Part shown: piece after piece, positions 38,401-53,400 of the stretch
Numbering within the stretch: position 1 is the first letter of the stretch
Layout: every line of letters begins with the position of its first letter
Source of the DNA: Lingula anatina
Lineage: Eukaryota; Animalia; Brachiopoda
Direction of reading: 5' to 3'
Length of the DNA: 64,000 bases
Assembly: GCA_051362555.1 (NCBI GenBank)
Contig: CM120640.1
Span: 66,752,788-66,816,787, forward strand
Made by a program: the position numbers and the translations under genes
Notes under the pieces: model-generated
What the model was told of the DNA's origin: nothing
Database searches by the model: none
The model's input: the letters and a program-made list of their open reading frames with translations, nothing else

Positions 38401-41400
38401 AAGTGATCAAAAGATCAAACATTTGATAGTATGACTAAAAAGTTAAACCCATGATCCTCACGTATATCGATTTATTTACATTTAGCAACAGAGTTACAAA
38501 GGTTGAACTTGTAAGTAAAATGCATACAAATTGTTATTGCACCAGTAAATAAAAAATGGTACTAGCATGTATGTGTCACCAATTTTTAGGAGAACTACAA
38601 CACAGCGAATTGTAAATATATGATTCTTCAGCAAAATGCATGAGACCCATTAGGTCTGCAATGAGGGTAATTTTCACTAAAATTATACAAAAATCTACAT
38701 ACTCTAGTTCCTACCTTTTTCACACCTTTCCTTCCTCGTCAAGTGCCACAGCACCTGCTGAACTCTTTTGTAATTGCCTAGTAGCTATTGATCAATCAAT
38801 AGCAATTAATACTCTATAATCTACTACCCCTTCACCCTGCTTCCATATGTAAAATATCACCATCAATACATTTATACAGCAGAGCCGATTTTCTGACCTT
38901 GTGCTCATAGAAGTGTCATAGATAGGTTAATGTAACATGCCAAGCAGACACAATAACTTCTAGTTCTCTCTTCATTTTCAACTTGTTGTCTTTCTGATTC
39001 TGTTTTGCAGATTTCATTCACCAGCTCTCCTTAAGACCCATCAAAACAACCACAAATCACTCAGCGCTGATCAAAACAGCTTAACAATGGTCATCAAAAT
39101 GCTATCAACATGTCATGGCCAAACCACATTCCCCATGGTGGCATAATTATCTTTTTTTCTACACATTTCCTTCAGTGTTATTATATACACAGTATTTCAT
39201 ATATTACAGAGTGGAAACCAAAATATGGATTCAACAATAAATCATTTCTTCCATTCACAATCTCACACTGAAAAAGTATCCATAATAACTACCAACTTAT
39301 TGCCTCAGCGGGGAAGCACTGCCTAAGTTCTAGGTAGATTGACATTTATTCTCGAAAGCTGATCCATGATTAAAACCATCTCTGTTTTGGTTGGCTATAT
39401 GTGCATTTTCTGAATGTCCATTTTATGTACAGTATATAACTAAAATTTGGTGATTATGCATTATGTACTATTACAATCATTATGTACTATTACATCAAAA
39501 TTGACTAAATGCTCTTTGTTACTTATTATTTTTTAACTTACAATAATGATTCTTAGGATTGACATACAGCTCAAATTAGAATAATAATATTTTTCTTAAA
39601 TTTATAAATTTTGTATTGTGAATTCTTTATTTTTCTCATTCTGGCATTTTCAATGTGTGAATTTGAATTCTCATCGGCATGAAGCCTTATGTATAGTTAC
39701 ATATTCTTAACATCTGTGTTACCTGTTGTGCACATTTAAAATTTGGTGTTGATATTTACTGTTAAGCATTACATAATATTGCATCAAATTGACAAAACAA
39801 CCTCTTGTGTGCATTTTTTTTTTTTTTTTTTTTTTGCTTTTATGTCTGTACATTGGACAGTTTAGTTGTCTTGTATACAATTGATGTTCAGATGATGACA
39901 ATTTTACATTTAAAAAAAAAACAAAAATTATTGGTATGGTACTGGGTTTTAATTCTCATTCTGACATCATAAAAATTTTTCTTTTCATGCTGAAAGTCAC
40001 ATAAATACATTTAAAAAACACTGCTTATTTAGATCCAATTTCAAAAATATATTGTTTCTCAGAACTACAGATGACTCTAGCCAGCTTTTAAAAAGACCAG
40101 CAGTATTGCAAGAGATAATATCACTACCAATAGTTGAGATTTCTAGTAGACACTTGCTATTTATTAAATTTAAGATTGACTGGGGCTTGTGCTTGGAACA
40201 GCAATAGTACTGTACAAAATACCTTTTACAATGCATAGCAGAAAGCCCATCTGATGTCATGGACCCACTGGACAAAATGTTAATCAAAATTAATTTCAGT
40301 AAAACCTGACATATACAGTGAATACTTACAAATGCGCTGCCCATGAGAATACACAAACTACTATCCAACTGGACACAGTCATGAGAAAAATTTTAAGCAC
40401 TGAGATCAGAGAGAGGCTAATTATATTTTGTTATTTAAATATCGGTAATTGACTGACCAAGAAACAGTATTCTGAGAGATATTCAGTACACATGGGTCTG
40501 ATTTAGGTCTCCCGTGTTTAACAGGAGACAAAGTTTTCTTCGAGACATTGATTTCTCAAAGATACATTTTAAGTCAAATTTTTGCCACAAAACCTGACCA
40601 AATGCCACCATAAAGTTTCAAATTTTTTTCTGTGCTGTAAATATACCTCAGCAGTCCCTCTTGATTAGGCATGCAAGTGCACATGCAGATACATCCATAC
40701 GTGGGAGTGAGAGTGATGATTATGCAATGTGCGCACAGTGCTTCATCTTTTAGTAGACTTTTATGCACTAGAGGGTCAGATAAATAGTTCAATTTGCCAT
40801 CAATTTGAAGGAGGTGTAGTTTCAAAGCTATATTTTGTCTAAATGAGAGATTAATTTGGCTTGACATGTCAACTTTATTTTAGCTGTATAAGAAACTAGT
40901 AGAAGTGGTTTATATGCTTCACTGTGGAAATCCACACTTGCTGAATATCTACTTTAATGTAAAATGGCTCATAAGAAAACTGTAAAATTAGACACATAAC
41001 AAAAATAACAAATGTTCATAAAATACGAGCATGTTCAATGGTTCTAATCAAAATTTTTATCAACATACTGCCTTGAACATGGAAAACAGGAAAATGTGGC
41101 TTATCAACTTTGTGTCACTGGTAAACTGATTGTTCAAAACATGTTGGCAAAATGCGGTGTCCTCAATCTTTGGAAGTATTTTGATTAAAAAATTTGAAAA
41201 AACAGCATAACTTCTACAATAATGGCCCGATTATGCTGATTTTCGAACTCAACCTGCGTTTTAGTAAGATTGACCACTCCTGTGAGTTAAATGACAATTA
41301 GCCTATCTGTTTTTCTTATATTGTGTTTACAGTGTTGCATATATGTTGAAAAATGAAAAAACAGCATAACTACTAAAATAGTGGCTCGATCATGACGATT

Positions 41401-44400
41401 TTCGAACTTGACCTGCGCTTTAGTAAGATTGATTACTCCTGTGATTTTCATGACAACAGGCCTAACGGTTTTCCTTAAAATGTGTTTACAGGGTTGCATA
41501 TATGCTGAAAAGTGAAAAAACAGCATAACTTCTACAATAATGGCCCGATCATGCTGGTTTTCGAACTTGACCTGCGTTTTATGAATATTCATCAGCTCTG
41601 TAAATATTAAGCCAAAAAGTAAAACTGCCCTCCACTTATCGTGTTTACAAGGAAAGTGCACGGCGCCGGCATCGGCATCGGCGACGGCGACGGCGACGAC
41701 AGACGCAGGTGATGGCAATATGTACAGACACATCTGTGTCTGTACATAAAAATGCAATTACATTACATATTAAAATATAATTTTAAAACCAAACTAGTCT
41801 TAGAAAAACAAGTATTTAAAACACTTACCTAACATGCGTACGTACAAGGCATTCTGATCTGTTCTTTCAAAGGATATACCACCACGTCTCTGAAAGAAAA
41901 CAGTGTGTATGTATGTGAAGTAAAATAACTACATGATCACTGTCACAGAAAATGTCACTTCAGTTAATGTCATCCCAAGCAAATAATGACCCAATTATTG
42001 AAATGATAGTGGAAGTGTCAACAATGATCCCTGTACCCTATCGTCTCAATACAAACATTCAACCCCCGAAGTCTTTTACTTATTTTTAAAGTTACAGGAA
42101 AAAAACAATGTAACTGAAGTTACCCTGAGGGCATTAAGGTTCACATTTGCAATAAGTACCTCACACCAAACATGACACAAATGTTACTAAAGGTGCTTCA
42201 ACTTAAAAAAAAAGTGAAATATCTTAATATGGTCCCGTTCCCATAACCCTATCATACTAGCTGGATCTTCTTGGGGATCCTCGCTAAATTGCATTCAGTT
42301 TAAGTGGTTTAAATGTCTGGCATGCTCCCTTGTAACTTAAAGCACTTGGGTAAAGTCAGGAAAACTTTGCGGTCCATGATGCTGTTTAGGTTGCTGTGTG
42401 AGGGGGCGTGCCAGACAATTTAGCTGATTACATTGACTGGGCCTTAGTGTCAATCCCAGCTGAGACAGATTGATCCTGCTAGTACGATAAGGTTATGGGA
42501 ACGCAGTCTATTTCTCATCATTTTTGCATTGATGTAATAAGCACATAGCAATTTTTCCAAAACAAAAATAAGACAAAATGATCCCTTCCTAAAGATCATT
42601 CATGGTGAAGGGGCTATTACAAATAAACCTTACATGATTTGACATCTTTAAACTTAAGTATACTGTCAATCTCTCCGTCACAACATAGCATGATGAACTT
42701 TATCAAATGGCAAGTTATGAAACAATAAACAGAAAACTTGATGATATGACAATCTTGTTTCCTGTAGTTAAACAAAACAGTCAAATAGTCCACATGACAG
42801 AAAAAATTCAAAAATTAGATTAACAGCATACTTCTTTATGTAACCTGAGCCCATAACTATGTTTTCAAAGGTTTAATAACTGTCGAACCTTGCATGTCGA
42901 ACTGACCTAGTTTCTTGACCCTGTCCACAAACCAAAATGCCCACAAAATTAGACAATTATTTTAACTGAATCATGGTAAATCCAATTAATCCAGACATGC
43001 TGAAACTGTCGGTCCGATCGGTCATGACCGGGAAAATTTGTCTGGACTTGTAGAAAATTGGACTTGGTCAGTCCAAAGGACCTACAAGAGTTTTAAGAAC
43101 CGCAATTTTGAATTTACAGTCATCTTCCGACATACTTCACTAATAAAATTATATAAAACCCAAAGCGTTTTTTCCCTTCCATTTCAAAACTATCACATTC
43201 ACAAACAAAGTAAGCTACCCTAATCGTACTGGTAGTATCTGTCTCAAACAAATAGGGTGATTTTCGGTCTGACAAAAATCCATTCGGTCCGGCAAATTTT
43301 TCATTACTGCTGGTCCAAATGTCCAGCCATTCTGAAAAGTTTTCAGCATGTCTGTTAATCTGTTCATAGTCCAAGAAACATACAATGCATCTACTTCCAG
43401 TAAATAGGAGCACTTGGGATACAAGGTAAGTCAGGCTAACTATGATAAAAAATTATTCACTATTTTACTTTTTACTAGGCCTATAATAAAGCTTTACAAT
43501 GACACCAGCAAACAAGACAGCTACTCCATTTTGAAGTTCCTCACCTAAAAACTAGGAATACCACATCTCCCGAAAAATAAAATAATGCGTAAATAAATGT
43601 GTATATATTCCTAACAGGGGTTTAACCATGGAAATGACTGGCCACTTGAACACATAGCTTGCCCCTTTTCACAGACTTGTATACATTACATGCTAGGTCT
43701 TTCAAGGGAGCTAGATCGAGATTGGTGAAATATTCAAATTCATGTGTTTATCTTAAGAACCTATACAACCTTTATTAACTTAACTGATGCTTAAACAAAA
43801 TATAATATCCAATTAAAATTCAACTAAAACAAATATCATTTGACTTTTATGGCGAGAATGATACTGAAATGCATGCAAGTAACAGAAGTTACCTTAAATT
43901 ATGCAAAATGGTAATTTTCAAATTTTTCAATTTTCATGCATGGAATTAAATGGTGAAACCCTTGTTAGGTGCACACACACACACACATACACACATTCAC
44001 TTCCCCTCTTCCCCTATGGAGAACAACACTTGACCAGCCTTGTGATTTTAATACTCTTGCTGAACAGTTTACTGTGCCATCAGAATGTTGAACACCCAAT
44101 AAGTCATTTGTATTTCATGTACAAGCAAGGCATGCTTCTTCACACTCATGGAAAATAAGAAATCAGGTAAGTGCACTTTGTGTATACCTTTATACTTTCA
44201 CATAAACTAATTTGATTAAAATCTATTGAAAAAATTTCATGACCATACCTTACCTTGGTGCCTAAATCTCTTCTAAGTTGGGGGCACCATTAACTTCTCT
44301 TAAGTCAACAGTGAACAAAAGCAGAGCAAAATGTACACAGCTAATGTTTAGCGAGTAAAATCGGTTGATCAATAAACTGTAAACATAAAAAGCCCGATCC

Positions 44401-47400
44401 TTACAGCTACCAAGCCACTTTATCTGATTTTGGTAGGAAAATCAAGTGGCATGAATCTTTGACTGGGTGTACTTTACTAAATATGCAATTCTTACCTCTT
44501 CAATGTTTGAATGTGCTGCACTACTGTGCCAGTTCTCTCACATTTTAACCCTTGAACAATATCCTATTAGAAGAGGGTGTAAATAAAAAGGTGTAGCCAG
44601 AACAAATCAATTCTTTTAGGTTGCATAAAGCAATAGTTAGCAAAACTTGATTAATATCAGAACAATAATAAAACTGCACAAGAACAAGTTCAGTGTGTTA
44701 ATATCAGAATCCCATTTTCACCAAGTTTGCATCATATATAAAGATAACACCTAACTATTAATCCAAATAACTGCAAAGGTTTTCTTTTTCAATATTTAAG
44801 TGGGAAAAATTGACAGAAGGGTTTTCTTTTGTATTTAAAATCATCCCCAAAAGGTATTACATTCACAGTCATAATGCTAATTATTACATAGCACCTGCCA
44901 TGCTCATGTGGCTTTCTCTTCTCTGGTGTTGAGTCTAGTTTAAGTTTTTCCAGTATCTTTTTCTCTTCATATAAAAATATGACTGAGATTACAAAGTCAA
45001 CTTATTACTAATATTAATGAATATGAAATATGCTAGCAATTCCTAAATTCAAGGCACTACAAATTGCAAAGATTTCTGATTTATAACAAGTACAAGTACA
45101 TTATCAGGGGCGGATTTAGGCCGTCTTCTGGGTCTTCCAGAAGACGGTCAGATTTTCAAGTTTATATTGACGGGTATCTATCTTTTTCTGTCGGAAGACG
45201 GTCAAAAATGGAGGATGGATCCACAAAGATAATTTGGAAGACTGTAAGAAAATATCTCTGGATCCGCCCCTGCATTATTAATCATCAGTATTTGAGGCAA
45301 ACTTTATAAACCCTACCTTGTTTTTCCCCTCATTTTTAAGCAAATACAAAATCAGTGAATACTAGGAATCATATTAGGGATGTTAGTCAAAAGGAATGGC
45401 CACAGCAAAACTATTATATGCCACACATTTCATACCTTCAGTACTGACCAAGATTTGTAGTTGGAAGGCCAGAGAACACAGGTTGTGAAGGGGAACATTC
45501 CACACTTGACACCTGTTCTAGCACCACACTTATTCAAGCCAAAGTGATGCTACAACCAGTCATGAAGAAGACACCACACACAAGTTGTTGATGTTTCAGA
45601 GCACTGCTGACACCTATGAGAAACCACTGAAACTAATTAATCTTCTGTGGAACAAATTATGACATTTCATTTTTAATAATGTTCTAAAAGTTAAATGAAC
45701 TTCAAATACTTCTAAATAATATAATAACTTTATAACATCAAGGAAAACTTGAGATTGGTACTTAAACTGGCACATCTGTAAAACTTATTGAAAACATGCA
45801 ACATACTAATCTGCAACCCGCAGCTCTTGTGCAATCAGACAGTGACAGCTGTTGAACAACTGAATTACACCACAGATAGACAATAGAACAATTACAATCC
45901 CATGTTACATACTCATAGACCAAAAATTAAAGTTCCAACCAATATACCTCTCACCAAATTCCAAGATTTTTAAATACAATTTCTAATTTCCAGATTGTGT
46001 CTCTGGCATTGCCCATAAATGTATTAATCCATTTTAGCTTAATGTTTTAAGGAAAACTATATATCATATTCAATAACACATGGAAGTAATAGGTGTAATA
46101 TGCATCACCAAATCATACAAATTAAAATACAGCAGCATGGTATCATATGCCACATCTGATGATTTACTTATTCTACTCTAAAATTAAAATTGTTTCCACA
46201 TACCTTTACAAATAAAAAATTAAAATGTGAACCAATATACAACAAAAGTATCACTAAAATGTTATCAATAGCTCCATTCACCCTGTGACTCTCAATCCAA
46301 CACTGTAAATTGTTTTAAGGGATAACAACTGTTCATTTTGGCCAAAAAATGAATTTTCCTGGGATAAACAACAATTTTCCCATACTTACCAATGGTTAAC
46401 GAATCCATATCTACATTCAAAGTTAGTCCCTGGTTTTTTTTCTTAAAAGTTTTTTTTTTTAATAATCTCTTAAGAGATTATTACAGAGTATAGCCAACTA
46501 TGGAGGTCACATGGTCAGATGGCAAGCACATATTTCAGATTTATTGCTGTAACTGTAGTTTTTGTGGTAAAATAGAATATATTATATTTCTATGAGTTGT
46601 TTACATTGTATTTATTGTGAAATATAGATCTCATATGATAAGTTGTTATCCCTTTAATAAAGGACATATGCACACACACTCACACATACCCACAAAGACA
46701 CAAACACACTGAAAAGGTCAAGAACATGTACACTACATGTTCATCAAGTGAAAGAAGTATCAGTTTCGCCAGCTGACAGCATAATTTTATCTTAAGATGA
46801 CCTATGTGTTCTTGAAATGCAGGTCGAGGTGAACCAATTATGAACACATCCAACAACTCCACAAATGACTTCTGATCCCTTGCTGAAGTAGTCACATTCA
46901 AAGATCAACTGACAAAGACTGAAAGACATGGGCCTTTTCCATGAATATCCAGCTCTCAGAGCATGCCAAGATGCACAATCCCATTCTTGTAAATGCCAAT
47001 TCAAATTATGTAAAATCCCATTAAACTGATCAAAAAACATTTCATCCCTGGTACTAAATATTAAAGATATCTTGGATGAAAAATTGCAACTTAATTATCA
47101 AAAAAAGCTTTAAAATATGATGATATGCACATGGCAATGAAAATTTCTTTCTTTCTTTTCTTGGGAAATACTGCCGCCTTTAAAAGATCCACCTGCAAAT
47201 CAACACTTGTTAAGTCAAATCCAATTCACCTGGCCTTTTGACGTCAAGCATATTAACATTGAACACAGCACAGGAAATATGAAGGTATTGAGTGTCATCC
47301 AAGTTAATTAAATTGCACACAAGTTATGAAAATTAAATTGCTCGCCAGATATATGTTACTCTGTGACCAAAATGACTGTATCAGACCCTGTGGAGTTTGA

Positions 47401-50400
47401 GGTGTTCAGCCAGAACGAGAACGCATTCCTCACAGGCAAACTATTTTCACACCTAGGTGTTGAGTAGCGCACATCCCTATCTATGTTACATAATTCAAGT
47501 CAAGCATGGCCTTTGACTTACTTCAGATGCCCAGCTGGGTGATTGTACCCAACCACACAATTATCCTCCTCTAAAAAAAGGCACAACCTCACCTAAACTA
47601 AACCAATCAAGATCTGTGTATTAGTCCTCTGAATCAGTCCTACAAGTTTTATAGCAAAATATGACACATTTTTCATGTTATCTGTATAATGGTGCAGGGG
47701 CAGATCCAGGATTTTTTGAAGGGTGGGGGGGTCTGCAGATGTGAAGGCAACCCTCCTCCCCTTTGGCATGGGGTTCGGGGCCTGATGAAGTGTTGGTATT
47801 TTAGAGGGCAAACGGTGTTATTTGTACAGTTTACAACTATGATTCAGCTAGTCAAAATTATAATTTCAAGAGGGGATCCCCTTGGTGTGATTTTTTTTTT
47901 CCAAAAATTGAAAGGGGGGGACCCCCCCAAATCTGCCATTGATTGTAGATAAAATATGCTGAAAAAAGAGAAAAAACAGAATAAATATTGGAAAGATTGA
48001 TCACTCCTGTGAGTTTCAAGACAATAGGCCTATCGGTTTCCATGAATGTTTTATCAGTATTGCAGTGTATGCAACATTGTTTTCAAACAGAAAATAGCAG
48101 CTATAACATATTACTAACTACCAAAATTAGCCAGTTTGACTAAGATTTAAAAATAACTGTTGTACCAAAATATCTTAAGTGTCCCAAATTCACCCCCAGT
48201 GCATGTTCCAACTAACCCCCCCCCCCAAGAAAAAGTCACAATTCATATCTGATATATCCCTTTTCATAACACTATATATGAGGAAGCATATGTAGACAGT
48301 TTTTGATGGCTGAATAATGAAAATTTTGTAGATAAAGTTATTAAAACACTGTTTCCAATAGAAAGTACCTATAAAATGCGTTCAACATCAAAAAATCTCT
48401 TATTTTATTTTTACAAACAAACTTTTACTCACTTGAAACATTTGAATGTTCATTATGCACCATCCTTAGTAAAATGTGACACTCAGAATGTTACAGTCAC
48501 AACTACGTCACCAAAGGAGGGAAACTTTAGACCTGATGTAATGCAACACTATGCCATCTAGGTGATAATTTATAATAATTTGTAGTCATTTGCAGTATTT
48601 TGATCACTTTTAAGGGATTAACGAGAGAAGCGGAGGTTATCAACCAGGTATTGACATCACAGGTGCATGTGCAGAATGAATATTACAGCAGAGGCATTAC
48701 TATCTGACACACACTGCATCAGTGACGTCAATAGCTTACTGATAACCTCCGCTTTTCTCGTTAATCCCTGAATTAATCACAATGCCCAGAAAAATGGCTG
48801 CAAATGATTAGAAGTTATCATTATATTCATTTTTAGGCCCCGGAAAGACTTCTTTGAAACTGCCTCTCAATATCCCATGTCACACCTGTCAATGTAAGGG
48901 TCATATAAATGTCTAGGCAGTCTGTGACATAAGCAATGGCCCAACATTAAATGCCACTTATTTTTTATCATGATTTTTTTTTTTTTTTTTTGTCAGTTAC
49001 TGACCACTGCTTCTGGTTTGATCCAGTGGGTTCTTAGAACTGAGGATCATTTTCTTAAAACAGTGGTAAAACAGCAAATTGGCCTTGGCTTTAACACCCA
49101 TATTTAGGTCTCTTTCAGTTTTAAATAAATCTATAGTGTTTCACTAAAGTACAGAAAATGATGATCTAAAACATTGGCCATGCCTCCATGGATCTGTTAT
49201 GAATCGAGTGGAGTGCTTGATTATTTGCACTACTATGGGTTAATCTTGTGTCACAAAGGACAATCATTTAAATTCATACCAGTTACTGAACTATAAAGCC
49301 CTAGTTAAAAAGACCCCTGGTTTCAAAAGATAGAATTAGACTAAGGCCGCATTCACTACCAAAGTTGATTTGAGGACTAACAGATCGAGGGATCAAAAAG
49401 TTCTGACCCACCTGAAAGTTTGCCGAGTAATCTCCATGAGGAATCTATTGAGTGTCTATTAGAGGATTATGCATGAAGCTTTCAAATGGGTTGGCCATAT
49501 TTGATCCACAGATCTGTAATGTTGTTCTGAATGCGGCCTTAAAATTTAATTTCTCGACATATACTGCCTCGTGCCTATGTGGTTCATTAATTTTTTTTTT
49601 AATATGACAAATTGAGAAATCTTTAGTGTCTTTATGTACAACATATTTTCAATATTCTTTTATAACAAATGTTCTGCATTATCTATATTGCATTATAAAC
49701 ATAATGCAACAAATTCAAAGGGTAGAGTGGGGATGCCAACAAGAAAAAGGTGGGGATGTCAATAAAAAAAACTAAATTCAAAAGTCAAATTGTTTCTGAG
49801 CATACAACTGATTAATTTCCGATTTCAAAAAATATTAAAATAAAGTTTCAATAATAAAACACACAAAAAACTGTACACCATTAAATTGGCAGAATTCTAG
49901 CAATGTTTTACCTTGAAATGATAGAATCTCACAGGGAGATTCATCCATATAATTCAATATTAGCAGAGGTTGAATAGAAATCAATAAATCATCAGCACTA
50001 GGCAATTCATTGCAGTAGCATTAGTAGAATCAGTCAAGGGGCCAAGAAAACCTCAATTTTTTTTTTTTTTTTTTTTTTTATTTCATTTTATTGCAAACTC
50101 ACTTTTTATATATTTTATGCGCACACGCACACCCACACATTTATCTTTATTGCCTCTAAAAAAACTGGATCAGCTTTTTTGTAACTAATGATTCAGAAGC
50201 TCTCATCTCTTTTCTTCTGTCTTCATGCAAACTGACCATTTTTATATAATGAACATTTCTCTAATTATAAAGATATTTTTGATGTTACCTCTGTAACTTG
50301 AAATCTTCATTAACAACTAAAATTCAGTGTTTGACTTAGTAATATTTTCCAAACAATAAACCTGGTTACTGTTTGGAACCAAATTCATAATGATACATAA

Positions 50401-53400
50401 CAATAGAAAATTTTTCAAAACAGTGAACAGAAATTGTAGAGAACTGGAGAGCTAGATAACAATATGTGTTATATACCAACACCCTTCCCTGTGATTCGAA
50501 CAAAGGCCACATCATGGCAATTCAAAATGAAGACATCAATGATTGATGGCTTTGTGAATTATTCTGTTGGCTACAACTCCAAGGCAAGTCAATATGTTTT
50601 CCATTAACTTTTTAACCTGTCAATAGATGCATTCAGCTTCTATCAAATCATTTGATTACCTTATTACTACTTTATTGTTTTAAAACCTGTGAACTGTGAT
50701 GTGGCAGTGAGCCATGGTATGACTGTATTCAATGGTCAAGTTTTATCAATAGCAAGAGCAGCAAAGCGTACAAAGCATCCAAGCGTTCAATTTTACCACA
50801 TTTTCTTACCACAGTAAGTCCAATCTTTGACCAGATTACACATAACAGAGGAACAAATTTAACACCCCTGCAACCACAAAATTGAGATATCCATGCAACC
50901 TTCTGATCCAATGCTGTATTGCACACAAAAACCATAATGTAATGTAAATTCTCTGTGAAACACGTACTAGTAATGAAATTCTTGTTTCAAAAATAAGTTT
51001 CAAAAGAAGAAAATCCAACAAGATTTATCATTTCGATAACACTATTAAACCTCACTGAATAATAAGGGGCTAGAAGTCTACTGATGACCTCAAAACTCAT
51101 TCAAAATGAAAGCAATGCGCCATTAACTTAGATAGATAGATAGATAGATAGATACATTTGGATCTATTCCCTTATCGGCTTGCAGAAATAAACTTTGTCA
51201 TGTTGTGAGATAATACTGTCAAATCAAAAAATGTATTGGGGATATTTGTAAATTTAAACTGATACAACAGTGTTTTGGTGTTAAAAATTGTGTTTTCGAA
51301 TTCAAACAGACCTCCCTCTCCTGATCAGCTATTAATACCGTTTTAACACCTATTAGCACTACAATTTGTTGCCAGTTTCATTCTTTTTTCAAGGCTTATT
51401 TCTGATTTCATTAGTAAAGAGGCAAAATAATGCTTTTGTTTGATGAAACATTGTTATTGGGGGCTCATATGTCATAAACAAAAGTTTCAAAAGGAATGAT
51501 GTGAAATTGAGGCCACTATGATTTGGTGCATTAGATTTATAATATTTAGTGAATGGAAGGTGGTCAATAATTTAGAGTTATTTGGTTGAATCAAAATGGT
51601 ATATACATCTAATCCAATTGCAATGATTCATGACAAGGAAAAAATTGCTTTTTCTCGGGAAAATTTCACCTTGTTGAGAAACTAAAGCAAGTACTGAATT
51701 TTCAACAACCCCATCCTATTAATCTCAACCAAAACAAATTACAGTTTTAAAAAGGAGTTTGGTTCAGGCATGGGAGACAAACTGATGGAGAATTGTGCTT
51801 GGAAAATCAGTCCATGATTTAAGTACTAGGATCTCCAAATTAAACCCTGCAAAACTTGATTCTGTATTGTGATAGCATCATAGTGAACAGCAAGCATACT
51901 GTAATGGAAGTTCCAACCACTGTCTGCTTTGACACTTTCTGTATGTTCGGAAGATTACTGAGACAAGAACATGAATTACTTTCATATTAATAAGCAATAC
52001 AAATAGCTATTAATGCTTGATTGGCTATTTATGTCATACATGTCAAAAAGATTATCTATTATTGAGACAAGAGAGACAGAGGAGCAAAAATAGCTTCTTT
52101 TTTCAATCTGTGAAATTCTGATAGCCACAGTGAGCAATCCCTCACATTTTCTGCTGTAGATGCTGTAAGATATCGGTGTGAGAAAAAATATGTAAAACTA
52201 TGTAAAACTATATTAAAAGGAGAGAAAGCCTGAGGACAGCAGCAAAAGCCCACCAATGCTCACAATTCTGTATGGTCCAGTCAGGCCTCCATGGAACTAA
52301 ATATTTGGGAAATGCAACTGTTTGAGCAATCCTTTCTGATGTTTTTACAAACTTTTGCTTCAAGATGAAGATTCTGTCATAAAAACAAGTACTTCTTTTT
52401 GTTACATTAAACATTGTTTTAGTGATTATATAAAGTACAGGGCTTCCTAAGGTTACCAGGGAGCCTACCTAGGTAAAGCCTCTGTCTGCCTGCACAGATA
52501 TGATGGAGAACTTATTGCTATCTGCCACAAAAAAGCAGAAATGGCACTGTAATTAACTCTCTATTAATCAAATTTCAAATACCAGGTAAAGATGAGATGT
52601 CAGCAACCAATACCAGGGTGGTTACTGAATCTTGCAACACAAATGCTGATGGTCATGGAACAAAAGGTAGATCATATACTAGTATTACAGTATCGCATAA
52701 GGCATAAAATACTACATATAGAAAGCTTTGGGTGGGTCTGCCTCAAATTTTCTACATATCCTTTTATAGAAAGTCAAGATCCTTAATGCATGAAATACAT
52801 TTAACAAAATTACACTCAAAGCACATCACACATGGGACAGAGATTTCAGTGGAAATCTGTTCTCAAAAGTCAAATATATATTGACCAATAATGAATGCAG
52901 AGAAGCAATCCTCATGTTTTATTTGGGGTGCTTAAATGATACAGATTGTCCTGTATGAAGACAGTAACATCAGCAAACTCAGTCATCCCACAACAGATGG
53001 AAATGCATACCAGAGGAAAGTCCCTACAATATCTGCAACAGGTTCAAATATACCAATGTTTGCAAGCTGTGTTATACCAAAAATGGCAAACTGTACTGGA
53101 CAATGATTAGGACATGGGTTTTATCATGAATTCAATGGGATAATAATGGCTTCTATGATGGCATCTTATTTCAAAACTGTCCCAACAATAAAACATTTAT
53201 AATTCAATAGTCAATGATCCAATTATCATTTTGATTAATCTATCACTTTGGGTTGCTACATTACACATATCATCTTCTATATATGATCAATAACTGGTCT
53301 AATGTAACAAGAAAGTGCATTGTTCGTTTATTTGTTTCACAATGGTTACATACGTAAGCAGGCAGAAGATAAGTCTAACATAAACAACGCCATAGAGGTA

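Noticed and set aside
44496-44545. Strong minus-strand donor as an alternative PDE7 first coding exon
   Set aside because: The frame needed to join exon 2 has an upstream TGA and no ATG. A non-coding exon cannot be excluded but is unsupported.
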